Source of the DNA: an uncultured Acidobacteriota bacterium
GTDB taxonomy: Bacteria; Acidobacteriota; UBA6911
Direction of reading: 5' to 3'
Assembly (NCBI GenBank): GCA_963843575.1
Contig: CAWJKZ010000014.1
Span: forward strand, 32,001-96,000
DNA length: 64,000 nt
The notes under the pieces are model-generated. The model did no database searches and had not been told where the DNA came from. It saw only the letters and a program-made list of their open reading frames with translations. The translations under genes and the position numbers were made by a program. Below, in pieces: positions 1 to 10,245 of this stretch. The stretch's first letter is position 1. Each line of letters starts with the position of its first letter.

Positions 1-1659
1 GGGCTGCGCAAGGTATATCCTCCCGGCCGGGAGGTGCTGAAGGGTATCTGGCTGTCGTTTCTCCCCGGTGCGAAAATCGGAGTCATCGGCCCGAATGGGT
101 CGGGGAAGAGCACCCTGCTCCGGATCATGGCCGGCGAGATCGGCGAGTTTCAGGGTGAAGCCTGGGCGGCCGAGGGTGTGACGGTCGGTTTTCTCCCGCA
201 GGAGCCGCGGCTGGATCCGGAGAAGGACGTCCTGGGCAACGTGGAGGAAGGATTGCGCCCGGTGCGCATGCTCCTGGACGAATTCGACCGGATCAACGAA
301 CGCTTCGCGGGCGAACTGTCGCCCGACGAGATGGACAAGCTGCTCGCGGAGCAGGCTCGCGTCCAGGACGCAATCGATGCCTGCAACGGCTGGGAGATTG
401 ACCGCATGCTCGAGGTCGCGATGGATGCCCTTCGGCTCCCCCCGTCGGAATCGGACGTGCGCACGCTGTCGGGTGGCGAGCGCAGGCGGGTGGCCCTCTG
501 CCGGCTGTTGCTGCAGCGCCCCGACCTGCTGCTCCTGGACGAACCGACCAATCACCTCGACGCCGAGTCCGTGGAGTGGCTCGAACGGTTCCTGAAGGAC
601 TACGCCGGGACCGTCGTCGCCGTCACCCACGACCGCTATTTCCTGGACAACGCCGCCGGCTGGATCCTGGAGCTGGACCGCGGCGAGGGTATCCCGTGGG
701 AAGGGAATTACTCGTCCTGGCTCGCTCAGAAGCAGGCACGGCTCGCGGCCGAGGAAAAACAGGAATCGGCCCGCCGTCGGACGCTGCAGCGGGAACTCGA
801 GTGGGTCCGGATGACGCCGCGAGCGCGCCAGGCCAAAGGGAAAGCACGCCTTGCGGCCTACGAGAAGCTGCTGGCGGATGAGAGCGACCTCGACAAGCGG
901 GTGGAAGCCGTGGAAATCCGGATACCATCGGGCCCGCGGCTGGGCGATCTGGTCGTCGAGTGCGCAAACCTGCGCAAGGGCTACGGCGATCGCCTGCTGA
1001 TCGAAGACCTCTCGTTCTCGCTGCCGCGCGGCGGCATCGTCGGCGTGATCGGGCCCAACGGGGCCGGGAAAACCACCTTGTTCCGGATGATGGTCGGCCA
1101 GGAGGCGCCCGACGGCGGAACGCTGCGCCTCGGCGAGACGGTCAAGCTCGCCTACGTGGACCAAAGCCGCGACTCACTCCACGGAGACAAACAGGTCTGG
1201 GAGAGTATCGGGGACGGACGCGACATCATCTCGATGGGCGGCCGGGACGTCCCGGTGCGGTCCTATGCGGCGGCTTTCAACTTCAAGGGCCCCGACCAGC
1301 AGAAGCGCGTGAAGGAACTCTCCGGCGGGGAACGGAACCGCCTGCACCTGGCGCGGCTCCTGACCTCCGGGGGAAACCTCCTGCTGCTCGACGAGCCTAC
1401 CAACGACCTCGATGTCGACACTCTGCGCGCTCTGGAGGAGGCCATACTCGCGTTCGCCGGCTGCGTCGTCGTCATCAGCCACGACCGGTGGTTCCTCGAC
1501 CGGATCGCCACCCACATGCTGGCTTTCGAAGGGGACTCCAAGGTGGTGTGGTTCGAGGGCAATTACCACGACTACGAGGCGGACCGCAGGCGCAGGCTCG
1601 GGGCCGAGGCCGATCAGCCGCACCGGATCCGATACAAGAAACTCGCCCTGGGGGCGTGA
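1..1659 (+). CDS. ettA: Energy-dependent translational throttle protein EttA (ABC-F), 5'-partial
   Basis: Two ABC cassettes ([25 protein letters not shown]; [20 protein letters not shown]) and C-terminal PHRIRYKKL; frame is open from base 1 ([16 protein letters not shown]). Confidence 0.95.
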   Translation, partial: GLRKVYPPGREVLKGIWLSFLPGAKIGVIGPNGSGKSTLLRIMAGEIGEFQGEAWAAEGVTVGFLPQEPRLDPEKDVLGNVEEGLRPVRMLLDEFDRINERFAGELSPDEMDKLLAEQARVQDAIDACNGWEIDRMLEVAMDALRLPPSESDVRTLSGGERRRVALCRLLLQRPDLLLLDEPTNHLDAESVEWLERFLKDYAGTVVAVTHDRYFLDNAAGWILELDRGEGIPWEGNYSSWLAQKQARLAAEEKQESARRRTLQRELEWVRMTPRARQAKGKARLAAYEKLLADESDLDKRVEAVEIRIPSGPRLGDLVVECANLRKGYGDRLLIEDLSFSLPRGGIVGVIGPNGAGKTTLFRMMVGQEAPDGGTLRLGETVKLAYVDQSRDSLHGDKQVWESIGDGRDIISMGGRDVPVRSYAAAFNFKGPDQQKRVKELSGGERNRLHLARLLTSGGNLLLLDEPTNDLDVDTLRALEEAILAFAGCVVVISHDRWFLDRIATHMLAFEGDSKVVWFEGNYHDYEADRRRRLGAEADQPHRIRYKKLALGA

Positions 1660-1669
1660 CCGCTCACTT

Positions 1670-2338
1670 TCAATGCCGAAGCCGCCTGCGCACGTCAGGC
1701 CAGAACTCCTTGAAGACATTCCACCCGGCATCGATCGCGATGGAGATGGCGCCGCTTTCGAGGCCGTTCCTGACGCTGCGCTCGCCTTCCGGGTACCAGG
1801 CGCGGGAGACCAGCGAGCCGGTAAACGTCCCGATCACCCGCGCCTCCGCAAACTTGTTGCCGCCGTCGTCTTTGCGGGTGATGAATGTCCACGCCAGGGC
1901 GTGCGCCGCCCTGGGCATGATCCCGGTGCGGGTCGAGGCAAAATAGCGCGGATCCTCGTTCAGCAGCGCGCCCAATCCCTGGGCCACCGATCGCTTGATA
2001 GCGTATTGACCGAATTTTGAGGCCACGCGCTTCCCATAGCCTTCCATCCCCTGGCCCCATTCCGGGTTGGTGTCCTGGGCCTGGTTGACCGCAGACCACG
2101 TCGCCACCCTCGCCGCCGCGACCGGACCGTAGGTGCTCTTGAGGTAGTAATGCCACTTCTCGCTTCCGGTGAGCGGGGTGTAACCGGACACCGGGCCGGC
2201 CGGAGGCGTCGCGGCAGTAGGGGCCCTTGGCAGGTTTTGCGGAGCGCCCGGCTGATCCTGGGTGGCCCACACCGCCGCGCCTGCCGTCAGGCTCCAGAGA
2301 ATACAAACCAGAAAGTTACGGAGTGCCAGATAACCCAT
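1670..2338 (-). CDS. Conserved secreted/membrane hypothetical protein (WGQGMEGYGKR / EDPRY / KEFWPD family)
   Basis: C-terminal 222 aa of the 878-aa ORF; signal-peptide-like start MGYLALRNFLVCILW at 2338; motifs recall acidobacterial hypotheticals. Confidence 0.75.
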   Translation of the reverse strand: MGYLALRNFLVCILWSLTAGAAVWATQDQPGAPQNLPRAPTAATPPAGPVSGYTPLTGSEKWHYYLKSTYGPVAAARVATWSAVNQAQDTNPEWGQGMEGYGKRVASKFGQYAIKRSVAQGLGALLNEDPRYFASTRTGIMPRAAHALAWTFITRKDDGGNKFAEARVIGTFTGSLVSRAWYPEGERSVRNGLESGAISIAIDAGWNVFKEFWPDVRRRLRH

Positions 2339-2448
2339 CTTATCCCCAAATTCGCACCGCAAAAAGAGCGCCACCACGGCGCCGATGAGGTAATTCTGCC
2401 ATCTGAGGCCCACCCGTGCCAGATTCAGATTGGCCGGTCGCCCGTAAT

Positions 2449-2478
2449 CTGAAACTTTTCGGCTTCCGGATAATCGAA
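2449..2478 (+). promoter_or_regulatory. Candidate ECF-sigma promoter (GAAACT-N16-ATCGAA) upstream of the outer-membrane protein
   Basis: CTGAAACTTTTCG matches CTGAAACCTTTCG at 42851 in 12 of 13 positions; both precede envelope genes. Confidence 0.3.
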
Positions 2479-2548
2479 CGCAGTATCCCCCCACTGCAAA
2501 ATGTGTCCGGCGGGGCCTGGCTCGCCGTCGGAACGGACGGAGTTCAGA

Positions 2549-3157
2549 ATGCAAAGACTTTTCGTATTGCTGACTGGGGCGTTTCTCCTCTCGCCCCTGA
2601 CGCTGGCAGCACAGGAGTTCTACCCCAAAGCGGAGGTTTTCGGGGGGTATTCTTTCCTGAGGACCAACATCACCGACAGGTATGCTCCGACCCTGGAGGG
2701 ATTTTACCCGGCGCAGGACTACAACCTGCACGGGTGGGAGGGTTCCGTCGCCGGGAACCTGAACAGCTGGTTCGGCTTGAAAGCCGACTTCAGCGGCCAC
2801 TACGACGTCAGCGAGGCGGTCCGCAACGGGAGGATCGTCGGCTCCAACGTGCACTCGTTTCTCTTCGGGCCGCAGTTCACGAGCCGCGCCAGCGAACACT
2901 TCCAGCCCTGGGTACACGCGCTGGTCGGGGCCGCCCGCGGTGCGTACGACTACGACTCCCCATTCCGGGACATCGTGAGCACCAAGTTCGCGATGGCGGT
3001 CGGTGGCGGGGTCGACGTCAGGCTGTCCAACTCGGTGGCGGTGCGGTTGGTGCAGGCTGATTACCTCATGACGCGCTTTGGCAGCAGCAGCGAGTTCGAC
3101 ATCAAGGACCGGCAGGACAATCTGCGTCTGGGCGCCGGCCTCGTGTTTCGCTGGTAA
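2549..3157 (+). CDS. Outer membrane beta-barrel protein (8-stranded OMP-like)
   Basis: Signal peptide, EVFGGYS, alternating amphipathic strands, GGGVDV, aromatic C-terminus (GLVFRW). Confidence 0.85.
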   Translation: MQRLFVLLTGAFLLSPLTLAAQEFYPKAEVFGGYSFLRTNITDRYAPTLEGFYPAQDYNLHGWEGSVAGNLNSWFGLKADFSGHYDVSEAVRNGRIVGSNVHSFLFGPQFTSRASEHFQPWVHALVGAARGAYDYDSPFRDIVSTKFAMAVGGGVDVRLSNSVAVRLVQADYLMTRFGSSSEFDIKDRQDNLRLGAGLVFRW

Positions 3158-3160
3158 TCT

Positions 3161-3188
3161 TGGAGTGCGGCGCCTCGGCGCCGCTTTC
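3161..3188. repeat. REP-like palindrome (TGGAGT-GCGGCGCC-TC-GGCGCCGC-TTTC) between convergent genes
   Basis: Perfect 8-bp stem at 3167-3184, just after the OMP stop codon; may also act as a terminator. Confidence 0.5.
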
Positions 3189-3264
3189 ACTGGCGTCCTG
3201 TGGCCGGAATACCCGGCGTCGCGGCACCATGCCGAGCTGCGAGATGCGCGACTGGACAGGATTT

Positions 3265-4686
3265 TCAGCTCGGACCCACTTGGGCGGACGCGCATTCCGC
3301 AATGTCGCTGACGGCTTGCCGGACCCGGTCCAGGTGGGTCCTGAACGAGAGGACGCAGATCCTGATCACGAATATGCCGCGCACAGTGGTGCCGGTGAGA
3401 TAAACGTTCTGCCGTGCGTTGACCCGCTCCAGCAGTTCCCGGTTGACTCGATTGAGTTCTTCCGGCGAGCGTCCGGGCGGGGCGAGGCGAAATGCGACGA
3501 TGGACAATTGTGGTTCCGCAACGATCTCCAGATTCGGGATCCCACGCAGTTGCCCGGTAGCCCACAGGGTCAGGTCTATCTTCTCGTCGAGGTTGCGGGT
3601 GAACGGCCCGATACCGTGCATCTTGATCGGGAGCCACACCCGCAGGCCGCGGAAGGCACGCGACAGCTCCGGCGAGTAGTTGGAGAAATCGACCAAGTCT
3701 TCGTCCTGGACGGTGGGCGGGAGGTATTCGGCGTGAACCGAGTGGGCCTCCTTCAGCGCGGTCCCGTCGCGCACCAGGAGTGAACCGGTGCCGTAGGGAA
3801 GGAACAGGGCCTTGTGCGGGTCGAGGGTCACCGAGTCGGAGCGCTCCAGCCCGGTCATGGCGGCGCGGCCCCTTGCGGTGAGCATGAAGAACCCGCCGTA
3901 GGCCGCGTCCACGTGCAGCCAGAGATCCTTTTCCGCTGCCAGATCCGCGAGCGCGTTCAGGTCGTCGACCGCGCCGGTGTTGGTGGTGCCGGCGCTGGCG
4001 ACGATCATGAACGGGGTCATGCCGCGTCTGCGATCGCCTTCGATGGCGTCGCAAAGGGCCTGCGCCGGCAGGCGGAATTGTGCGTCCGAGGTCACGCGGC
4101 GCACGTTTGTGGCCGGGAAACCGGCCAGCACCGCGGCTTTGAGCACCGAGTGGTGCACCTGGTCGGAAGCATACAGGGTGCCCGTGAGAAACATCTCGGG
4201 CAGTTTTCGCCGGCGTGCGGTGACGATGGCGGTGAAGTTCGCCAGCGATCCGCCGGTGGTGAGCAGTCCGCGGGCCGTTGCAGGGTAACCGACGATATCC
4301 GCACACCAGCGGAGGACGGTTGCCTCCAGCTGCGAGAGGGCCGGGGCGGCCAGCCAGACGCCGACATAGCGGTTCACGGCATCGGCTATCAGGTCCGCGA
4401 CGGCTGTCTGAAAAAGACCGCCCCCCGGGATGTACGCGAGGTAACCCGGACTCGCCGTATTGAAGGTCTTCGGGATCAGGACTTCGAACAACCCGGCGAG
4501 TAATTCCTCCAGCGGCCGTCCCTGCTGGGGCAGCGGCTCGGCGACCGAACGCGCCACTCGGACGGCGTCGGCGAGGTCGACAGCGGGCTGCTCCGGGAGC
4601 GACTCGATAAAGGGGACGATGCGATCCATCGCGAGGCGAACCAGGCGGCGCATCTCGTCCCCGGACAGTTCAAGCTCCGAATCCAC
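3265..4686 (-). CDS. PLP-dependent group II decarboxylase (aromatic-L-amino-acid/glutamate decarboxylase family)
   Basis: GGSLAN, AGTTNTGAVD, HVDAAYGG and DPHK (PLP lysine). Confidence 0.92.
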   Translation of the reverse strand: MDSELELSGDEMRRLVRLAMDRIVPFIESLPEQPAVDLADAVRVARSVAEPLPQQGRPLEELLAGLFEVLIPKTFNTASPGYLAYIPGGGLFQTAVADLIADAVNRYVGVWLAAPALSQLEATVLRWCADIVGYPATARGLLTTGGSLANFTAIVTARRRKLPEMFLTGTLYASDQVHHSVLKAAVLAGFPATNVRRVTSDAQFRLPAQALCDAIEGDRRRGMTPFMIVASAGTTNTGAVDDLNALADLAAEKDLWLHVDAAYGGFFMLTARGRAAMTGLERSDSVTLDPHKALFLPYGTGSLLVRDGTALKEAHSVHAEYLPPTVQDEDLVDFSNYSPELSRAFRGLRVWLPIKMHGIGPFTRNLDEKIDLTLWATGQLRGIPNLEIVAEPQLSIVAFRLAPPGRSPEELNRVNRELLERVNARQNVYLTGTTVRGIFVIRICVLSFRTHLDRVRQAVSDIAECASAQVGPS

Positions 4687-4741
4687 GGGTCTGCTCCTCG
4701 GAAGGAAAGCATTCTAGCTTGTTTCGAGGGATGCGCGAGGC

Positions 4742-7700
4742 TCAATTGCCCGGGGAAGAGGGTTGGGGCTCCGGGATGGTTTGCGGCGCGACCGGGTAAA
4801 GGAATTCTAGTCCCTGGCCCCCGAGCAGCGCGCAAGCCGCCAGGGGAGCGCCCTCAGACGAGATCCGGACGTAGCCGCACACCGGCTGTGTGAGTCCAGG
4901 GACGAGCTCCGGCAGGGTCCTGGAGACGCGAGCCAGCGGGCCCAGTGTGAGCCGGCCGGTCCCGGCCGGGGCGCCCGACGCGGAATACACCTCGACGGTC
5001 ACTTCTGCCGTCGCCGACGTGGGGTTCTGCAGCGCGAGACCTGTGAAGTAGTGGCGGGCTTCCACGGCGCCCTGGAGGACCTGCGGGACAATGAGGTCCC
5101 GAGCCGGTGCGGTTTCGAGGGGCAGGGCTGCGCCGAAGACGCGGCCGGCGGGGTCCCCGCATCGAACCTCGCCAAGCATCCCGGGGCCGTCGGCCGTGAT
5201 GGTTAGGGAGCCCGCCACTCCCGTCCGGGCCAAGGCCGCGTCGGGCAGGCCGAACAAAGCTTCTGCGCGCGCGCGCAATACCGCCCTCGCAGGTAGCACG
5301 GTGACGGTGCTGCCCGCCGCTGCGCCGATCAGGCTGCCGTCGTCGCCGCGGAGCTGCAATCGGAGCAGGCGGTCGACTTCGGCGGTGTTGATCAGGGTCA
5401 GCTCGCTGACGAAGCGTGTCGTGCCGAACAGCCCCGATGCGAACTGAGGAGCGTGCAGCCTGGTTGCAGCCGGGGCAGGCCGACCCGCCAATCGTTCCAT
5501 GACCGAGCCGTTGTCGACCGACTGGTAGCCGAAAACACCGGCGGTGGCGTGGAGACGGATGTAACCTGCCGCCGCACCGGACGGGAAATCGGGGAAGAGG
5601 CTGTGCACGCTCTCGGAGAGCCGGCCCCGCGCCGGCAGCGCACGGTGGGCCACCGCCCTGCACTCGCCCGCCGCGTCGTGGAGGCGGAATTCCAGCTCGA
5701 CGCTGTCGCCAGCCGGGTTGACGACGTCGATCGTGTTCACGAACGATGGGTCATCCCCCGGGCTGACGGGGCGGGCGGTAAAGTAGAGGTCCGGCGAGAT
5801 CGAGTCGGACGCCGTCGAGCCGCCGATCAGGTCTCTGTCGAGATCTCCTTCGACAAAGTCGGCCGCCACGGTGCTGCTCGTCGATTGAGCCCGCATCCAG
5901 CCCTTCCGCGGGCCGTCGGCGCCCAGTCCGTGAAGTTGTGAGACCGGAAGTGTCACCTGGGAATGCGGGGCCAGTGTGACCATCAGCGGGTTCCTGACCG
6001 TGCCACTTTCCGCGATGGTGGCGCCGTCGTCGGAGAGAGCGGAGAAGAGGAGGTCTGCCGGTTGCACGCCCCAGTTGACGAGTGCCACGCCGGTATAGCG
6101 GGACTGGTCCTCCCTGAATCTCGGGAAGTACAGGGTGCGCGCTGTCGTTTCGGGAGTCGCGGCAAGATCCGTTACCACCCAGGCGCGTCCCTCGGTCTGC
6201 TCTCGCACGAAGGCGACCCACTCGTTCCGTATTTTCTGAACCTTGGCGATCTGCTCCGGCACGGCCGGCCGTCCTTGCCTGACAAGCAGGACGAACGCCT
6301 GGCGCAGGACTTTCGGGGACCGCACGGCGGAAGGGACCCGGCGACCCGTGGCGGTTATGACCTGCCCGATGGTCAACTCTTTCCGGGTGCCGCCGAAGCT
6401 GATCCCCGTGGCGGGTGCGCTCCCGGGCGACCGGTTGGCGGTCGGGTCTTCCACGAGGAACGTTGCAGGCACCTCTTCCGGAGAGACGAGCCCCATGAAG
6501 TACTGGTCCAGGCGGCTGTAGGTCCGGGTCGCCGACCTCGTGATGAAGCGCTCTTTGCCGCTCCCCGCCCCGCGGTCCTCGATGTCGTTTCCCCCCATCA
6601 CCGAGGCGTCCGAATCGAGGAAGAAACTCCAGTGCGCCGCTTGCCGGCCGAGCATGGCGCCGGAGTCGACGTCGCCGTCCCTGAAGCCGGCGAAGGCGAG
6701 CCAGCGGTGCCCCACCTCGTGCGCCATAATCGTGATGGTGCTGTTGGTGCCCAGGAAAACCAGACGGGGGTCGGACGGGTATCGGCCCGGGCCGTCCAGG
6801 CTGCCCATCATCACGAAACTGCGCAGGCGTCCATCGCTGCCAAACAGGGGCGTGTTGTCCGTCTTGCTCAACCCTATCCCTTCGACCTCGTTCTTTACGT
6901 TGATCTCATAGGCGTAGCCGTTGTCCAGGTTGTGGTCGAACCCGAGGAAGACGATCACGTGATCGAAGTCGTCGCGGTGGGTATTGAGGAAGAGCCGCGC
7001 GAGCGCAGACTCCGAGATGCCCGGGCGGGACGCAAACACCTCGACGATGCTTCCGGTCAGGAAACCGGATTCCGGCAGGTCCCGGTAATCGACTGCGCTC
7101 ACGGTTTCGTCGCGCAGCGCCGGCGAGAGTCCAACGACGGCATCGACGACCCCGACCTGCTCCCCGTATACAAACTCGATATCCCCGTTCTTGAACAACC
7201 TGATGCTGAAACTGTTGGTCTTCGAGGATCCGGGTGCGGCGACGCCATCCCACGCTACCTGGAGGGCGTCTTCGAAAGAGCGGATGCGAATCGATCCGGC
7301 TGCGGAAGGGTCCAGATCGGTGAAGAGCGCCGCGATCCTGGGGGGCTGTGCAAGGAAGCGGCCGAGATCCCTGGCCTCCGCCCCCTCGTCTGCTCCCGTG
7401 AGCGTGATGTTCCCATCCGAGTTCACGAAAACGGCGTCGTACTCGATGCCGTAAAAAGGGAAACGCCAGTCCAGGTGCACTTCGAGCGAATCGTCATCCG
7501 ACAGCAGGACCTCGTCTGCCCCGGAGGCATCGAAGACCGCCCTGGATGAAGTGACGCGGTATCCCCTGGCTCCGGCTGGTGAAAACCGGAACGCGCGCCC
7601 CGCGAGGTCGAAAACGTTGGTCGGTGCAAGCACGGTCCCGTCGTCTTCAACGACGGCGACATCGCCGATGTCCGCGGAGCCCCCCGTGCCCTCCAGCGCG

Positions 7701-7930
7701 GTCGTGTGTGCCGGTTGCACGCCGTGCCGGCGGCGGGCGGCGTCGTAGCGGGCGCGGGCCATGACGTCACGCTCGCGCTCGACGCTCGTACCGCAGACAA
7801 AGACTGCCCGGCCATTCGCCGTTCCGGGGCCCCGGTCCTCGGCGCTAATCCCGAGGACCGGTAGCAAGGCGGCGAGGAGGCAGACAAGTCCGAGATACGA
7901 TTGAGCCGGCCGAAGGACACGATTTTCCAC
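4742..7930 (-). CDS. Large secreted putative zinc metallopeptidase with NIDO-like N-domain and C-terminal beta-sandwich repeats
   Basis: Signal peptide (LGLVCLLAALLPVLG), LSDDDS..FPFYG NIDO-like segment, AHEVGH (HExxH), repeated TG(V/L)AL(V/Q)N modules; start uncertain (GTG 7930 or ATG 8056). Confidence 0.7.
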   Translation of the reverse strand: MENRVLRPAQSYLGLVCLLAALLPVLGISAEDRGPGTANGRAVFVCGTSVERERDVMARARYDAARRRHGVQPAHTTALEGTGGSADIGDVAVVEDDGTVLAPTNVFDLAGRAFRFSPAGARGYRVTSSRAVFDASGADEVLLSDDDSLEVHLDWRFPFYGIEYDAVFVNSDGNITLTGADEGAEARDLGRFLAQPPRIAALFTDLDPSAAGSIRIRSFEDALQVAWDGVAAPGSSKTNSFSIRLFKNGDIEFVYGEQVGVVDAVVGLSPALRDETVSAVDYRDLPESGFLTGSIVEVFASRPGISESALARLFLNTHRDDFDHVIVFLGFDHNLDNGYAYEINVKNEVEGIGLSKTDNTPLFGSDGRLRSFVMMGSLDGPGRYPSDPRLVFLGTNSTITIMAHEVGHRWLAFAGFRDGDVDSGAMLGRQAAHWSFFLDSDASVMGGNDIEDRGAGSGKERFITRSATRTYSRLDQYFMGLVSPEEVPATFLVEDPTANRSPGSAPATGISFGGTRKELTIGQVITATGRRVPSAVRSPKVLRQAFVLLVRQGRPAVPEQIAKVQKIRNEWVAFVREQTEGRAWVVTDLAATPETTARTLYFPRFREDQSRYTGVALVNWGVQPADLLFSALSDDGATIAESGTVRNPLMVTLAPHSQVTLPVSQLHGLGADGPRKGWMRAQSTSSTVAADFVEGDLDRDLIGGSTASDSISPDLYFTARPVSPGDDPSFVNTIDVVNPAGDSVELEFRLHDAAGECRAVAHRALPARGRLSESVHSLFPDFPSGAAAGYIRLHATAGVFGYQSVDNGSVMERLAGRPAPAATRLHAPQFASGLFGTTRFVSELTLINTAEVDRLLRLQLRGDDGSLIGAAAGSTVTVLPARAVLRARAEALFGLPDAALARTGVAGSLTITADGPGMLGEVRCGDPAGRVFGAALPLETAPARDLIVPQVLQGAVEARHYFTGLALQNPTSATAEVTVEVYSASGAPAGTGRLTLGPLARVSRTLPELVPGLTQPVCGYVRISSEGAPLAACALLGGQGLEFLYPVAPQTIPEPQPSSPGN

Positions 7931-8134
7931 AATGAACTTATCGGGTGTCCGGCCGGCTCCGTTAGACTCTTGGAGCCGGCTTTGAAGAAGAGGGACTCGA
8001 CGCGGAAAAATCGACAAAAGCGTCCCACGCGGCCGGCTCCGTGTGTCATCCTTCACTTTCGGTGCATCGAGGAAAGGAGTGGGAGGTCATTGGGAAACAC
8101 GTGTCCACGTTCGAGCGCGATTCGCCCGGCGGCA

Positions 8135-10084
8135 ATGGCAGCGTCGTTGGCGATTCTGATTTTTGTGGCGGCTGCATCCATTGCCGGGGTGGACGGTGCC
8201 GGGGTGCCGGCCGCGGAGCGGTTTGAGCGGGTCGGCCCCTTCGGCGGGGATGTGCGTTCACTGCTGATCAGCGACGCCGACTCGGCCCGCGTTTACCTCG
8301 GGACCAGCGACGGCCAGATCTACCGGTCGGACGACGGCGGGGAATCGTGGAAGCGGATTCACCCGGGGATCGGACGTCGGCAGTTCGTCGTCGACACCCT
8401 CGTGCAACACCCCGGCGACCCCTCCCGGATTTATGCCGGGGCGTGGGATCTGCGTTCCAGGGGGGGCGGGTTGTTCGAGTCGCGGGACGCAGGCGCATCC
8501 TGGTCGGCGGTGCAGTTGGCGGAAGGCGCCGCGGCCGTCAGGGACTTCGCGATCTGCAGACACAAGCCGGACTATATGGTTGCCGGCACCCTGGGCGGCG
8601 CCTACGTCTCGAGCGACGGCGGAAAGCACTGGTCGAGGACCGGGGGCGATTTCCGGGACATCGAATCGGTGGCGATCAATCCGTCCAATCCCCGAATCCT
8701 GTTTGTCGGGACCTGGCGCCTCGGATACCGTTCGACGGATTTCGGCCGGACATGGGTCGGCGTGCACCAAGGCATGATGTTCGACTCCGACGTGTTCTCG
8801 ATCGCGATCGACCCGCGCAGGCCCCAGGTGATGTATGCCGGTGCGTGCAGCGGGATCTACCGGTCCGCAAACGGGGCATCGTCGTGGTCCAGGTTGCGGA
8901 TCGTGCCGGCGCGCTTCACCGTTCGGACCCGCGTCGTGGCAGTAGACCCGTCCGACCCGCAGCGCGTTTACGGAGGGACGACGGAGGGGCTGTTCGTCAG
9001 CCGGGACGACGGGCGTACCTGGACGCGGATGACACGTCCCGACGTCATCGTGAACGCCGTCCAGGTCGACCCCCGCAACAACAGCAGGATCCTCCTGGGC
9101 ACCGAGAACGAGGGGGTGCTGGCGAGTGACGATGCGGGCCGAACCTGGCGTGCGGCGAACAGCGGGTTCGTCCATCGACAGGTGAGCCGGATCGTCGCCG
9201 AAGCCCGGTCCGATCGGGTGTTTGCGGGCCTGACAGACGGCGGCGGGGGAGTGTACCAGCTGGATAGAGGCGGTAGGAAATGGGATCGCCCGGCGCCCGG
9301 GATGCTTCCCGCGGGCGATCTGCGGGCCTACCTGCCGCTGCCGGATGGGAGGCGCTGTCTCGCGGGCACGTCGCGCGGTCTCTACCTCCAGGCGGGACCG
9401 GGTGCGGCGTGGACGCGGCTCCCGGGAGTGGTGGAACGCCTGGCCATCAGCGACCTCGCGCTGGATGCGGCGAGTGGCCTGGTGTTTGCGGGCACCAACC
9501 GCGGGGTGGTCCGGGCGCCCCTGTCGAGCCTGAAATTCGAGGTGCCCCCGCAAAGCCGCTTCGCCCCCCAGGTTGCGTCGGTGATCGTCGCCGGGACGTC
9601 GCCACGCCGGGTGTATGCGGCGACCACAGCGGGTGTGCTCCGCTCTAGCGACGGCGGCGCCAGCTGGCTGTCGTGCTCCCGCGGCCTGCCGGACAGGGCT
9701 ACGATCGAGGCGCTGGCCGTGTCGCCTGTGGACGAGCGATTTCTTCTGGCCGGGACCGCGGCGGGCCTTTTCGAGTCGCGCGACGGCGGCGACACCTGGA
9801 CGAAGTCAGTTGACGGCCGGCTCGGCGTCGATGTCCCTTCCGTCATTTTTCTCGATGCGGCGGGAAAGGGGATTTTGGCTGCCGACAACACGTTCGGCGG
9901 GGTTTTCCTCTCGGCGGATGCGGGCAACAGCTGGAGCCGGATCGAGGCCGACGAGTTCAGTTCGCCCGTGCGCTACCTTGCGCTCGATCCGGTCGACCCC
10001 AGCCGTGTCTACCTGGGCACAAACTCCGACGGTGTCTACCGCCTGCGCCTCGACGGGATTTTCCCATGGACAGACTCTCACTGA
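8135..10084 (+). CDS. Secreted BNR/Asp-box repeat beta-propeller protein (YCF48/sortilin-like)
   Basis: Many SxDxGxxW Asp-boxes, GPFGGDVRSL near the N-terminus, signal peptide. Confidence 0.88.
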   Translation: MAASLAILIFVAAASIAGVDGAGVPAAERFERVGPFGGDVRSLLISDADSARVYLGTSDGQIYRSDDGGESWKRIHPGIGRRQFVVDTLVQHPGDPSRIYAGAWDLRSRGGGLFESRDAGASWSAVQLAEGAAAVRDFAICRHKPDYMVAGTLGGAYVSSDGGKHWSRTGGDFRDIESVAINPSNPRILFVGTWRLGYRSTDFGRTWVGVHQGMMFDSDVFSIAIDPRRPQVMYAGACSGIYRSANGASSWSRLRIVPARFTVRTRVVAVDPSDPQRVYGGTTEGLFVSRDDGRTWTRMTRPDVIVNAVQVDPRNNSRILLGTENEGVLASDDAGRTWRAANSGFVHRQVSRIVAEARSDRVFAGLTDGGGGVYQLDRGGRKWDRPAPGMLPAGDLRAYLPLPDGRRCLAGTSRGLYLQAGPGAAWTRLPGVVERLAISDLALDAASGLVFAGTNRGVVRAPLSSLKFEVPPQSRFAPQVASVIVAGTSPRRVYAATTAGVLRSSDGGASWLSCSRGLPDRATIEALAVSPVDERFLLAGTAAGLFESRDGGDTWTKSVDGRLGVDVPSVIFLDAAGKGILAADNTFGGVFLSADAGNSWSRIEADEFSSPVRYLALDPVDPSRVYLGTNSDGVYRLRLDGIFPWTDSH

Positions 10085-10245
10085 GGGCGCGTCGGTGTTC
10101 ATCCGCCTCGGGAGCCAAGACAATCCGGACGCCGATTTCCGCGATTGAACGAATTCGCCTGCGGTCTGGCCGGAGGCCCCGGGAGGTTAATCCCGGGGGT
10201 TCCGTCACCCCCAGATCTGCTATGATCAGTCGGGGTTAGAGCCAT

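Noticed and set aside
1670-4306. 878-aa minus-strand ORF as one gene
   Set aside because: Only the last 222 aa look real; the rest overlaps the OMP gene (antisense) and the decarboxylase (alternative frame).
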